From the human T2T-CHM13v2.0 reference genome, Homo sapiens, in assembly GCF_009914755.1 (NCBI RefSeq), contig NC_060925.1: a DNA stretch of 64,000 nucleotides; one strand, 5' to 3'. Position numbers and translations under genes: made by a program. Of the stretch, positions 44,705 to 64,000 are shown piece after piece. Position 1 is the first letter of the stretch; the number at the start of each line of letters is the position of its first letter. The notes below the pieces were generated by a model. That model did not search any database. It was not told the DNA's origin and saw nothing but the letters and a program-made list of their open reading frames with translations.

Positions 44705-45652
44705 TGTGGTAGGAGTTATTAAGAAGTTATTTTAGGCCGGGTGCGATGGCTCACGCCTGTAATCCCAGCATTTTGGGAGGCCGAGGTAGGCGGATCACCT
44801 GAGGTCGGGAGTTTGAGACCAGCCTGACCCACATGGAGAAACCCCATCTCTACTAAAAATACAAAATTAGCCAGACTTGGTGGCACATGCCTGTAATCCC
44901 AGCTACTTGGGAAGGCTGAGGCAGGAGAATCGCTTGAACCTGGGAGGTGGAGGTTGCGGTGAGCCAAGATAGTGCTATAGCACTCCAGCCTGGGCAAGAG
45001 CAAAACTCTGTCTCAAAAAAAAAAAAAAAAAAGCTATTTTAGGCAGATAGAGTGGAAAAGGGGTCCTGGGAGAGTTTTCATTTTCAAAGCAGCTCCAAAA
45101 ACATTTCTTGTCTAGCATGAAAGCCCTGGCTCTTAGACCTGGGCAGCAACCTTTCATACGCAAATGCAGGCCATTAGAAGTTGGGTCCACCCAAACATGG
45201 GGATTCCTGCCCTCTTCTTCTTGCCCTTGCCCCATATATGCCTGGCAAAATAGCCACCCCCACATATCTCCATGTGTGTAGAACATCATGGTGCCCTGTA
45301 TTTGCATATTAAAAGGCTAGGGTGGGAGGGCCAGTTTTTTTTGTGGGCTACATGAATGACATGCCTGGTCAAACTAATCCCCTGAGCCCTATGCAAATCA
45401 AACACCGCCTCCTCCAGCCTCTTCATATACCTTGTTAGTATCCATGGCACGTGAGATCTCCTCTCTTGGCTTTGGAGCCCCCCTCCCTCCGTCTCTGTAC
45501 AAGAGAGCTTCTGCCTTCTTTCTTCTCCCTTCCTTCTTGCCTATTAAACCCTCCGTTCCTTAAAACCACTCCATGTGTGTCCGTGTCATTTTATCTAAAC
45601 TGGCATGAGGACCAAGAGCCCTGGTGTTTTTTCACTCATCGGAGCCATATCA
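44705..45652 (+). mobile_element. ERV1 solo LTR (LTR9/MER61-like), inserted into an AluS and interrupted by a second Alu (about 44735-45030)
   Basis: TG...CA ends; perfect 4-bp TSD tcac (44701-44704, 45653-45656); ATTAAA at about 45543; subfamily uncertain. Confidence 0.8.
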
Positions 45653-46409
45653 TCACTGTACTCTAGCCTGGGCAACAGAGCGAGACTCCATCTCAAAAAA
45701 AAAAAAAAAGTATTATGATCAGAGGCTCTCAGGAACCTAATTTTGTATTTCCCATTTCCCCTAGGAACAATGGTCTAGTATTTGCTAATTCAGTGTTCAT
45801 GGTGACTGTATGGAATATAATACAAGTCATAAGAACCAACTGTACATGTCTATGTCTCTTCTAGTCTTTGAGTTCCTAGGGCAGGACCCACCTTGGATCA
45901 CAAGTCTTTGTATATCCAGGATCTAACACAATGCCTAGCACAAAGTGGAGTCATAAATATGTTGAAAAGAATGGAGGCAGGGAAGAGAGGAGAAGAAAGT
46001 GACAGGAGGTAGCAGTCAGAGAAGGTTTAGGACTGGGTGTGTTGGATAAGATCTAGAGCCTACCTTTTTCCCTCCAGGGCAGCTGGGCAGGGTTGCGTGG
46101 GGCTTATATCTCCAAGGCAATCAAGGAAGTCCCTGATTGCTGTGGCTTAAGGCTCTTTCTGGGGTGAGGCCCAAGCCCTAAAGAGGCCCAGCCCTGCCTG
46201 CTCACCATCCAGGAAATTGCCCTTTGTCTGGTAGAAATCCTGTTAAATTAGCCTGGGTTGAGTGGACTGGATTCCTGCCCCAAGGTGATCCAAGGGGGCC
46301 TGGGTGGCGTAGGAGGAAGCTGGGATGTCCTAGGGCTACTGAGGGTCAGAGAAATAGGAAAGGGCAGGACTGTTTGCCCTTACTGTGTTTCATAAGAGAT
46401 GGGGAATGA

Positions 46410-46889
<480 letters not shown>

Positions 46890-48009
46890 TGAACTCCTGA
46901 CCTCAGGTGATCTGCCTGTCTCGGCCTCCCAAAGTGCTGGGATTATAGGTGTGAGGCACCGCGCCTGGCCATTTTTTCCCACCAAATTTATCAGTTCCTT
47001 CTTTTCTTTCTTTCTTTATTTCCTTTCTCTCGTTCTTTCTCCCTTTCTCCCTTTCTTCTTCCTTTCTTCCTTTTTCTTTTCTTTCTCTCTTTTTTTTTTT
47101 CAAGGTCTCACTCTGTCCCCTAAGCTGGAGTACAGTAGTGTGACCATGGCTCACTGCAACCTCGAAATCCTGTGCTCAACAAATCCTCCTGCCTCAGCAT
47201 CCTGAGTAGCTGGGACTAGAGGCGTGCCACCTTGCCCAGCTAATTATTTTATTTTTTGTAGAGACAGGGTCTCCCTATGTTGTCCAAGTTGGTCTTAACT
47301 GCTGAGCTCAAGTGACCCTCCCTCCTTGGCCTCCCAAAGTACTGAGATTACAGATGTGAACCACCTCCTGGCCTGTCCGTTTCTTAAGAACCAAGACTTT
47401 TGTCCTGTGTCCTTCCCTCCCTTTTCACTGCCATCAGGGCTCAGACTCCAGAGCTAGTCCTCCAGCAATCTATGGCTTTCAGCAGATGGGTTTGGCCATT
47501 TCTGTTAACACAAAGGGACAACTCATAGTGTGGGAGGGGCTGTTCTACTCCTTGCTGTTCCTTAAAGGAGTAGCAGAGGCAGAGGACGAGACCTAGGCTG
47601 TCTAATCCAACCCCACCTGATGCGTGGATGCCTGTGGCTGCCTTCTGCTTGCTCATGCCTTTGGCAGCCAGCTCATTTTGGCTCAAGGCAGCCTGTTTCA
47701 TTTGTGGAGAAGGGCATAAAAAAAGGTTTCCTTCATCTTGAAAGCTATCTCCTTGTGGCTTGTCCCCACAGATTCTAGATCCTCTCTTTGGCATCTGCAC
47801 AATACAACCCTTCTCTTTGTCCCATGGAAGACCTGCATAAATTTGAAGACAGATCTTGTCCCTAGAAATGAGATCAAGGCCTGTCATTCTTCTAGTTATA
47901 CTTGTTTTAGTAGTCTATAAAGACCAAGCATTTATTTTGCTTTTGTAATTAAAAATAAACAAAAAACTCCTTACTTTTCAATGTTTTATTGAGATATAAT
48001 TTACATTCA

Positions 48010-50400
<2,391 letters not shown>

Positions 50401-50444
50401 TTTGCATTGATCTTAAAGTTCAAGCTAGTATTTTGATTATTTTA

Positions 50445-50765
<321 letters not shown>

Positions 50766-50979
50766 TCACTCTCTCTAATACTCTGAATCCAATAATTTGT
50801 CAACGTCTTCATGACATCCAACCCATTGACCCTATCACCTTTTCATTGCCCTTTAACTTATCATCTTACACATCTTAGATTCCACAGTCTCATTAGTATT
50901 ATTTTCTCGTTCCCTTTCCCCGCCACAGATCTTGCCTGGATTTACTCGTGTTTAAATCCAAAGCTCAGGCTCAATCTGA

Positions 50980-51352
50980 TTGCTTCAGTCTATTCAGGCT
51001 GCTATAACAAAATGCCAAAGACCAGGTGGCTTAAACGACAAGTATTTACTTTTCATAGTCCTGGAGGCTGGGAAGTCCAGGATCAAATGCTGGCAGATTT
51101 TGTTCCCAGTGAGGACCCTCTGCCTTGCATGCAGATGGCCACCTTCTCTCTGTGTCCACACATGCTAGAGAGAGAGCATGCTCTGGGCTGTCTTACTCTT
51201 CTTATAAGGACACTAATACCATCATAGGGAAGCTACCCTCATAATTTCATCTAAACCTAACTACCTCCAAAAAGCCCTGCCTCTAAATACCATTATAATG
51301 ATGATTAGGGCTTCAACATATGAATTTGGGGGGTTCTCAACCCAGTCCATAC
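50980..51352 (-). mobile_element. MLT1/MST-type MaLR LTR
   Basis: ggctgctataacaaaatgcc...ggaggctgggaagtccaggatcaa...cttcaacatatgaatttgggg. Confidence 0.75.
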
Positions 51353-51450
51353 CAATGGTTGAGAAAAATACATGATATTCACTAGTTTCACTCTAAATGG
51401 GCCAGTAATGCTGCTCATTTCCCTAATCGTTTGTTCTCCCACTCTCTTAA

Positions 51451-51996
<546 letters not shown>

Positions 51997-52318
51997 TGAT
52001 CCACCTGCCTCGGCCTCCCAAAGTGCTGAGATTACAGGTGTGAGCCATCGTGCCAGGCCAATTATTTTATCTCTCTCAAATCTTCCATCTTTCCCTCTCT
52101 ACTGATGCACTCTTGGGAACATATATGCTATGATATTTCCTGTCTTAAAAACCAAACCAATCTACACCCTTCCCTTGACAGCACACTCTTTTCCAGATAC
52201 CACCCCATTTCTATAATCCACTTTAAGAGCAAAATATCCCAAAAGGTTGACTCTATCCTGTCCCCATTTCTTTCTTTCTTTCCTTCTTTCTCTCTCTCTC
52301 TTTCTCTTTCTTTCTTGA

Positions 52319-52804
<486 letters not shown>

Positions 52805-52956
52805 TAATCCCAGCAATTTGGGAGGCCAAGGCGGGTGGATTGCTTGAGGTCAGGAGTTCCAGACAAGCCTGGCCAACATGGCGAAACCCCATCTCTACTA
52901 AAAATACAAAAAATTAGCTGGGTGTGGTGGCACGTGCCTGTAATCCCAGTTACTCA

Positions 52957-53145
<189 letters not shown>

Positions 53146-53702
53146 TTATTTAATACACAGTCTATAGTTATACTTTCCCTAATTCTCAGGTATGTCTTAT
53201 TACAGTGGGTTTATTCAAATTTGGATCCAAAAAAGGTCTACATATCGCATTTTGTTGTGCCCTTAAAATCTTTTTAATCGCCAGCAGTTCTCCTCCCCAC
53301 CCTTTGTTTTTTATGCCATTGACTTATTGCAGAGACCAGCTCAATTGTCCTGTAGAATGTTCCACATTCTGGACTTACTCTCTTTTTATAACGAAGCTTT
53401 TGTAACTTGGCCCTTTCCTGTCCTGAAATGAAATTCAGAGATAATGTAACTACTGTGTTTGTTAGAGCCTGGCAGGAAACAGATGGAATACTTAAGCCAA
53501 GTCCAATTGAGGCCAGTTTAATGAAGGGATTATTGCCAAAGATGTGGGCAAAGTAAAGAGAACCAACAAGGAACTGTGGAGCACTGGAGAGAGTATCTGC
53601 CACCCTTAGGCCTGAGGGGCCAACATGAGGGAATGGTATCTCGCCTTGGCTGAACCCAGCGGGAAGCCACTGGGCAAGAAAGCTGGCTGATGCCATCTGT
53701 AA

Positions 53703-54124
<422 letters not shown>

Positions 54125-55914
54125 TGAATTTAATTTCCTAAACGTAATACAAAGAAAAATAAGAGGAAATGAATGCATACAAATATTATATGCTTGAACA
54201 TGTAAAAATTACACACAACTTTATCAGAAGCCCAGTGTAAACATCAGATGCTTGTGGTCATTCCTAGAATCAGTGGGCCTGTCAAAGTTGCTACCGGCAG
54301 ACCAATCCGGGAGAACTGGACTGGCAGCTCCAGCAAGCAGTGTGTTGTTGATTTTCTGAACAAAACAAAGCACACTCTTTCATCAATTACATGGAAGTGG
54401 TGTTCCTGGGAAACCCAGTGTATATGAAAACCATACAGAAAATACTTTGGTTCATGTGGAAAACAGAGTTAGATTCTAGGATGAGATAAATAATAAACAT
54501 CTTTTTCACCAAATGAATGTCTGACAGGACAATTGAGAGTCTTATGGGATGTGAGTCAACTTCTGTAGTGCAGGGTTGTTCTGTGTATTGCAGGATGTTT
54601 AGCAGCCCTGGCCCCACCCACTGAACCCCCCTGTAGAGCTCCTTACCCTAATCATCATGACATCCTCCCCCATCAATGTTGTGCCACGTTTCCAGAATTT
54701 TCTCTAATGAGTAGGTCATACCAGTGGAGAATCATTGGTCTAGGTGATCTCCTCTGGTCCTGCGGATTTATTAATACATTCACTGTCTTCAAAACTATTT
54801 ATTCAGGCTTATCCTCTCTGCTGAATATGCACATTTATACGTGATGTTTCGATTTACACCATTAACTGGCATCTCAATATTTATTTATTTATTTTTATTT
54901 TGTGTATTTATTTATGTTTTGAGATGGAGTCTTGCTCTGTCGCCCAGGCTGGAGTACAGTGGTGTGATCTCGGCTCACTGCAACCTCTGCCTCCCAGGTT
55001 CAATCAAGTGACTCTCCTGCCTCAGCCTCCCGAGTAGCTGGGATTACAGGCATGCGCCATCACGCCTGGCTAATTTTTGTATTTTTAGTAGAGACAGGAT
55101 TTCACCATGTTGGTCAGGCTGGTCTCGAACTCCTGACCTCATGATCCGCCCGCCTTGGCCTCCCAAAGTGCTGGGATTACAGACGTGAGCCACCGCACCC
55201 AGCCTCAAAATTTACATGTCAAAACCAAAACCTTGAATCTATTCCCCAACAGATACACCCCCATCCTTCTCTTCTCCCAGATTTATTTTAGCTTAGTATG
55301 TGGCAATTTAATTCTTCTACTTTGTTCAGGCCAACAATATTAGACTAATTCCTGAGACCTCTCTTTTTCTCATGCCCCATATCTGATCTATCAGTCAATT
55401 TAGTTGGCTCTACTTTCAAAATGCGTTCCAATTTGACCACTTTTTATAATCACTGCCATCATTATCACTACCACCCTGGTCCCAGCTATTGTCATCTCTC
55501 CCCAAATGGTTACAACAGCCTCCAAAATGGTCTCTATGCTTCGACTCTGGTCTCTACTTTCTATTTGCAACATGCCAGCCAGTGTGACTTTTTTTTTTTT
55601 TTTAAAAAGACTGGATCTCGGCCAGGCAGGGTGGCTCACGCCTGTAATCCCAGCACTTTGGGAGGCTGAGCAGGGGTGGATCACGTGAGGTAAGGAGTTC
55701 GAGAACAGCCTGGCCAACATGGTGAAACCCCATCTCTACTAAAAATACAAAAAATTAGTCAGGTGTGGTGGCAAGCGCCTGTAATCTCAGCTACTTGAGG
55801 GGCTGAGGCAAGGAGAATTGCTTGAACCTGGGAGGCAGAGGTTGCAGTGAGCCCAAGATCACGCCACTGCACTCCAGCCTGGGTGACAGAGCGAGACTCT
55901 GTCTCAAAAACAAA

Positions 55915-56302
55915 CAAAAATACCACAGACTGGGTGGTTTAAACAACAGAAATTTATTTCCTCACAGTTCTGGAAACTGGAGGTCTAGGATCCAGGTGTC
56001 AGCAGGTTTGGTTTGCTCCCGAGGCCTCTCCTCTTGGTCTCAACTTCCTCACCTCAAGTGATCCGCCCTCTTTGGCCTCCCAAAGTGCTGTGACTACAGG
56101 TGTGAGTCACTGCACCAAGCCCAAATTTCCTCTCATAAGGACACCAGTTAGATTGGGTTAGGGCCCATCATAATGGGCTCATTTTAACGTAATTACCTCT
56201 TTAAACATCCTATCTCCAAATATAGTCTTAATCTGAGGAACTGGGGAACTGGGGGTTAGGATTTCAACATAGAAATTTTGAGGGAATGCAGTTCAGCCAT
56301 AA
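55915..56302 (-). mobile_element. MLT1-type MaLR LTR, rearranged with Alu fragments
   Basis: gactgggtggtttaaacaacagaaatttatttcctcacagttctgga...gttaggatttcaacatagaaattttg. Confidence 0.7.
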
Positions 56303-56328
56303 CCACCTTTATTTATATAAGGAATAGG

Positions 56329-57286
<958 letters not shown>

Positions 57287-57388
57287 TAGGTGCCTCGTAT
57301 TAACTAGAGTCGTTAATATTGTTGTTTGAAAGTTAAACATAGATAAAAGAGTGTATATGAATTTCACCGACTAGCCAAAGGTATAGAC

Positions 57389-57603
57389 CAGGGATGTCCT
57401 ATCTTTTGCCTTCCCTGGGCCATACTGGCAGAAGAAGAATTATCTTGGACCACATGTAAAATATACTAACACTAATGATAGCTGATGAGCTAAAAAAAAA
57501 CAAACTCATAATGTTTTAAGAAAGTTTACAAATTTGTGTTGGGGCACATTCAAAGCCATCCTGGGCTGCATGTGGCCCGTGGGCCACGGGATGGACAAGC
57601 TTG
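57389..57603 (+). mobile_element. MER30 (hAT-Charlie) non-autonomous DNA transposon
   Basis: cagggatgtcctatcttttg...ggacaagcttg; 8-bp TSD gtatagac/gtgtatac. Confidence 0.85.
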
Positions 57604-58126
57604 GTGTATACCATACCAGATTGTTGGCATCTCTGCCTCATTCTCACTTCCTCCTGTGCTTTCTCCTATGTTTTGGGAGCTAGAAGCCTCGGAACTATAT
57701 TTCTTAGCCTCCCTAGACAGGATTCTAGCCTGTATGCTGCAAATGAGAGGTGCTTATGTGAAATTTGGATGGCAGAAGGACAGGAGAGGCCATTATAATT
57801 CTATTGGTGGTGAGTAGGCCTAGGGCTTCAGCAGATAGAGGATGAGAGATTGGGGTGCAGCTTCCAGACATCCTCCTGTGAATCACCCACTTTGATGCCT
57901 TTGGCAGATGAGATCACTTTGTGGTGGTTTCTTGTGATTTCTGTATTTCCTCATTTCCTAAATATTAGCAGATATATATTTTTTTGCTACAGGATTCTTT
58001 GCAAAATACTTCTCAAAATCGAATATTATCACTACTAAGCCTTCTTCCTCTTCATCAATTACATAGGTGTGGAAGCCCCACTGGACAGGCCAAGTTGGAA
58101 TAGCCTGGTTCCCCAACCAGAAGTAG

Positions 58127-58285
<159 letters not shown>

Positions 58286-58634
58286 TAGCTGGGATTACAG
58301 GCATGTGACACCACGCCCAGCTAATTTTGTATTTTTAGTAGAGACAGGGTTTCTCCATGTTGGTCAGGCTGGTCTTGAACTCCCGACCTCAGGTGATCTG
58401 CCCGCCTTGGCCTCCCAAAGTGCTGGTATTATAGGTGTGAGCCACCGCACCTGGCCCGGAGCAGTTTTCATAACACCCTCTGGGCTTAGGTTTTCACACT
58501 CTTCCCAAGGAAACTGCAACAGGTGGTTGGTTGCAGGACATACAGGGTGACGGAACAAGCATTGAACTTAGGATCAGGAGACCTTAGTTCCAGGACCTAC
58601 TATGTAATTGCTACATCAAGAGCAACACCTTTGA

Positions 58635-58898
<264 letters not shown>

Positions 58899-60315
58899 TA
58901 GTAGAGATAGGGTTTCTCTCCATGTTGGCCAGGCTGGTCTTGAACTCCTGACCTCAGGTGATCTGCCTGCCTTGGCCTCCTAAAGTGTTGGGATTACAGG
59001 TGTGAGCCACTGTGCCCGGCCTATTTTCCTCTTTTCTTTGTTATGTATATGTTTGCATATATTAACCAAAATTTTGCCTCTCCTTTTCTTCACTACCTTA
59101 TACAGGAATTATTGGTAGTGGTTAACTTTGTGACATATGAAATAGCAAGGAGGAGAAAACAAATGTGGATAATAGATAACATTTACATACTGCCTTCTAT
59201 GTTTGAGTCATTATTCTGAGACAGATCCACTCATTTAACCATCATAAAAACTGTATGAGAAAGCTACTATTCAGTATTATATTCCTGTCTTTTTTTTTTT
59301 TTTCTGAGATGGAGTCTTGCTCTGTCACCCAGGCTCGAGTGCAATGGTGCGATCTTGGCTCACTGCAACCTCCGCCTCTCAGTTCAAGCAATTCTCCTGT
59401 CTCAGCCTCCTGAGTAGCTGGGATTACAGGCACGCGCCACCACACCTGGCTAATTTTTGTATTTTTAGTAGAGACGGGGTTTCACCATGTTAGTCAGGCT
59501 GGTCTCGAACTCCTGACCTCATGATCCGCCTGCCTCAGCCCCCTCCAAAGTGCTGGGATTACAGGCATGAGCCACTGCATCCGGCCTATATTCCTGTTTT
59601 ATAGTTGGGGAAACAGATACTGATAAACTTACCCTGCTCACCCAAGCAGTCTATGTCCTCATTGGGGCTTTTAATTGTTAATCTAGCCAGGCATGGTGGC
59701 TCACGCCTGTAATCTCAGCACTTTGGGAGGCCAAGGCAGGTGGGTCATTTGAGGTCAGGAGTTCGAGACTAGCCTAGCCAACATGGTGAAACCCCATCTC
59801 TACTAAAAATACAAAAACTTAGCTGGGCGTGGTGGCACGCACCTGTAATCCCAGCTACTCGGAGGCTGAGATAGGAGAATAGCTTGAACCCGTGGGAAGG
59901 AGGTTTCAGTGAACCGAGATCATGGCACTGCACTCCAGCCTGGGTGACAAAGTGAGACTCCGTCTCAAAAAAAAAAAATCATTAATCTATATGGCCTCTT
60001 GTTACATGAAAACATGTGATAAATTGGTATTGACTTATAGTTTGGAAATGACTGATTTGGGATGTATTGCTCTCTATTCCAAGTTCTGTGACTCCCCAAA
60101 TGAAGTAGAAACCCAGTGGGACCGGGAACTAAAGATATCAGGAATCCCGTTGTATTTCCTCCTCTCATAAGTGGCTCTTCCTCTGTCTGCACACCACCGC
60201 TCAGCTGCTCGTTCCACATGGCAGGTAGAAGAGGCCAGCCCACAGCTCCCAAGTATGTATCTCCTCCGTTCAACCTTCCCAGATTGAATTGGATACTCCT
60301 GATTCTAATTACAGA

Positions 60316-60317
<2 letters not shown>

Positions 60318-60372
<55 letters not shown>
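60318..60372. repeat. Compound (TG)n(AG)n microsatellite
   Basis: Seen directly. Confidence 0.95.
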
Positions 60373-62509
60373 CATCACAAGAGTGAGAGTGATATTGCTG
60401 GTCCAATCCCTGTGGCAGAGTCATCAAACACACACTTGGTATGTAGGACTGCCCACCTGGGAGTGAAGCGGGCAGACACCTCAGGAGGTGGGTGTTTTGG
60501 GTATTTTAACTCTGTTTGATCGTAGAAGTATTTAGGTCCTATACCATTGTTTTCACCCGCTGAGGGACAGTAATATGTCTCTCCTGAAGGGAAAACATCT
60601 TTCTACTCCAGGCTCGGTGGCTAGCTCAGCTATAGCAGAAATGCTCTACCATACTAGCAGCCTGAAGTCCTGGGATTAACTTACAGTTCACAAGGTACCG
60701 GCTGTGTGACTTCAGGCAATTTATATAACCTCCCTGAGTCTCTGTGTACTGATTTCGGAAGAATCAGAAAATGCAAACAATTGCAACTAGAAAAAGAAAA
60801 CCACACTCTTGGCTGGGCACAGTGGCTCATGACTGTAATCCCAGCACTTTGGGAGGCCGAGGTGGGTGGATCATGAGGTCAGGAGTTCGAGACCAGCCTG
60901 GCCAACATAGTGAAACCCCCGTCTCTACTAAAAATACAAAAATTAGCCGGGCATGGTGGTGTGAGCCTATATTCCCAGCTACTCAGGAGGCTGAGTCAGG
61001 AGAATCACTTGAACCCGGGAGGCAGAGGCTGTGGTGAGCCGAGATCGTGCCACTGCACCCCAGCCTGGGCAACAGAGTGAGACTCTGTCTCAAAAATTAA
61101 ATAAATAAATAAATACAATAAAAAGAAAACCTCACTCTGTGTCCCCTTCTTTCTCCCTTTCTCTAGGCTCCTTTTTATGTAATACACACAAGCACAGACT
61201 GCAGGAGTCTAGGTTTAGTTTCAAAGCTTTGGCAGTGCCTTTATGTCTTTGTGTAGAAAAGGGAGAAGCCATTTAAGAGGTACCTGACTCTTCAATAGGC
61301 TTGCTTATTATCCCCAGCAGGCCTAAGGGAGCACAGTTTTGAAAAGCCAAGGATCAAAAAAAATAAATACAACTTGTTCTGTGTTGCAAAGAGAAGTCCT
61401 AACTCCATGGCGAGGGAGGCAGCTTTGCAAATTACAAGGGTAGAGGGAGTGAGGTCACTAGGGCAGGAACAATTTGTAAAACCCAAGTGTGGAGAACTGT
61501 GTAAACCTCCAGGGGAAGGTAGGTGAGGAGGTGTTATAAAGGACTGGTGTGGGAGGGGTAAGTTCCCCTTCCTGTTCTGACAGCTGGAGGCAGCAGGGCT
61601 ACCTCTACCCCACAGGGCCCCTTGGTGCAAGTTATAAACAGGTGCCCCCTCTCTGAGTGGCGCAGCTCACAGTTTGATGAGAGGAGTGTTGGCCAGGCAC
61701 CATGAGCACTGCATGACTCCCAAGGCTATGCTCCATGGCCTGAGTGGCAGGCCTCATTGCAAATCAGTGGGCTGCAGAGGAACATCTGCCAACAGGCATA
61801 GATCCAAAGGGAGATGGAACAAGGGCAATGCCCAGGACTCTCCCCATCTCCAGACATGCCTTGTAGAATGAGAAGAGGAGAGACCAAGCACACAGGTTTT
61901 ATGTGTAGCCCAGCTCTCTACCCTCTGAGATTACTTAAAATTGCCTCTAACCTCCAATCCCAGACCCCATGAAGGAAACCCACAGACTCTTCAAGGATCC
62001 CATGAACTCCCATGGATTCCATTCTCACATGATCCCTCTTCTTTTGGGATTCCACACATATGATCTCATTGCTTTCTCCAAGTTGTACAAATACTACTCA
62101 TACTAAGCATTCATATGGGTAGCATGTATTATGAAAGATTTGGAGGTGGAGTACAGGGAGATGATGAAGGAAGTGTTTAAATTGAAGTGATGTACACTTA
62201 AACTTTGCATAAGGATCAACTCCAATCTTAATTTTTTTTTCAGTTGTCCTACTATTCTAAGGGTTTCTCACTAACCTTTAACTCTGTATCTTTTAAAATG
62301 TTCCTGGCTTCATTCTCTCCCCTTCCCATTTCCTCTTTCCTCTAGAACTGCCCTCTGTACCCCAAAGTGGTTTTCCTCTATTATGCTGAGCAATTTTGCT
62401 CTCTCCAGTTCTGAACCTCCAACTTGAATATTTGAACCCATCATGTAGGGTCTTATATTTAATGGAATCCATCCTCTGTAATACATATGATACAGCTATA
62501 AAAACCTAA

Positions 62510-62793
<284 letters not shown>

Positions 62794-64000
62794 TGAACTC
62801 CTGACCTCTCAGGTGATCCGCTTGCCTCGGCCTCCCAAAGTGCTGGGATTACAGGTGTGAGCCATGGTGCCCAGCCAGTTATGTGATAATTAATAAGTAG
62901 GAGGGAAGCACAGAATATTAGGTAAAATTAGAAGCAGAGTGACTTTTAGCCAGACTGGAAACTTGAGTTATCACATGGACTTCCACACTGCTGGGAAATA
63001 TATAATGTTCTGTGTACCTGTTTAATCATTAATATATTGATATTTTATTAACTTGATCTCTAAGTAGAAACTTTACAAGCTGGGCGCAATGGCTCACACC
63101 TGTAATCCCAGCACTTTGGGAGGCCAAGGTCGGTGGATCACGAGATCAGGAGTTCAAGACCGGCCTGGCCAAGATGGTGAAACCTTGTCTCTACTAAAAA
63201 TACAAAAAAAAAAAAAAATTAGCCGGGCGTGGTGGCAGGCGCCTGTAATCCCGAGGCTGAGGCAGGAGAATCGCTTGAACTCAGAGGGCGGAGGTTGCAG
63301 TGAGCCGAGATTGCGCCACTGCACTCCAGCCTGGGCAACAGAGTGAGACTCTGTCTCAAAAAAAAAAAAAAAAAAAAAAGAAAGAAAGAAACTTTACAAA
63401 ATCTTCAGTTTGCCAGTCCCTGAAGTATGGAGGAGATGAAGTTGAGTTTTGTGGATCTGAAGATTATATCGTTTTGGCAGGTGCTTTTTTATGGTTAGTC
63501 TTAAACATAAAAAAAATTACTGAAGGCATACTTCAGTAAATCTTTAAGGTCCTGCTTTAGAGATGATGAAGGGGAGGCTATTGTTAGCACCTGGGAGGTA
63601 CTAATGCTGGTTAAGTCGCTTTGTACAATTTTGCCTAAGACTGGAACTACTTAAGTAACTACAAATCCTGGGATTACAGGCACGTGCCACCATACCTGGC
63701 TAATTTTTGTATTTTTAGTACAGACGGGGTTTCACCATGTTGGCCAGGATGGTCTTGAGCTTCTGACCTCAGGTGATATGTCTGCCTCGGCCTCCCAAAT
63801 TGCTGGGATTACAGGCGTGAGCCACTGTACCTAGCCAGTTTTTTGTTTGTTTGTTTTGAGATGCAGTCTTGCTCTGTCGCCCAGGCTGGAGCGCAGTGGC
63901 ACAATCTCAGCTCACTGCTGCAACCTCCACCTCCCGGGCTCAAGCGATTCTCCTTCCTGCCTCAGCCTCCCAAGTAGCTGGGATTACAGGTGCCTGCCAC

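Overview
Primate genomic DNA, almost certainly human (dense Alu content). The window holds the complete MFSD2A gene on the + strand, a sodium-dependent lysophosphatidylcholine transporter and syncytin-2 receptor. I reconstructed 14 coding exons from 20739 to 35015, all with GT-AG junctions, summing to 1593 nt = 530 aa + stop; an alternative acceptor adds 13 aa (543 aa). The gene has a CpG-island promoter with TATA, CCAAT and GC boxes and a non-canonical CATAAA poly(A) signal. Intron 3 contains a full-length RPS2 processed pseudogene with 16-bp TSDs. The flanks are mostly transposable elements: a minus-strand MER21-type ERVL provirus (about 8086-16670) with a perfect tRNA-Leu PBS and an RNY1 retrocopy inside it; MER50, THE1D, LTR10, LTR9/MER61-like, MST and MLT1 LTRs; DNA transposon fossils; L1/L2/CR1 fragments; and dozens of Alus. 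I find no new protein-coding system, and almost all ORFs in the track are Alu, LTR or antisense artefacts. The best unexplained signals are an Alu with an apparent 3' transduction inside one TSD pair, a sense (UG)n/GUGAAUG array next to a PTC-generating cryptic acceptor before exon 4 (candidate TDP-43-repressed poison splicing), a possible intronic terminal exon built from an L2 acceptor plus the RPS2 retrocopy, and an intron-3 enhancer candidate with a perfect TCF/LEF site. Repeat subfamily names are from memory of consensus sequences and need RepeatMasker/Dfam confirmation.
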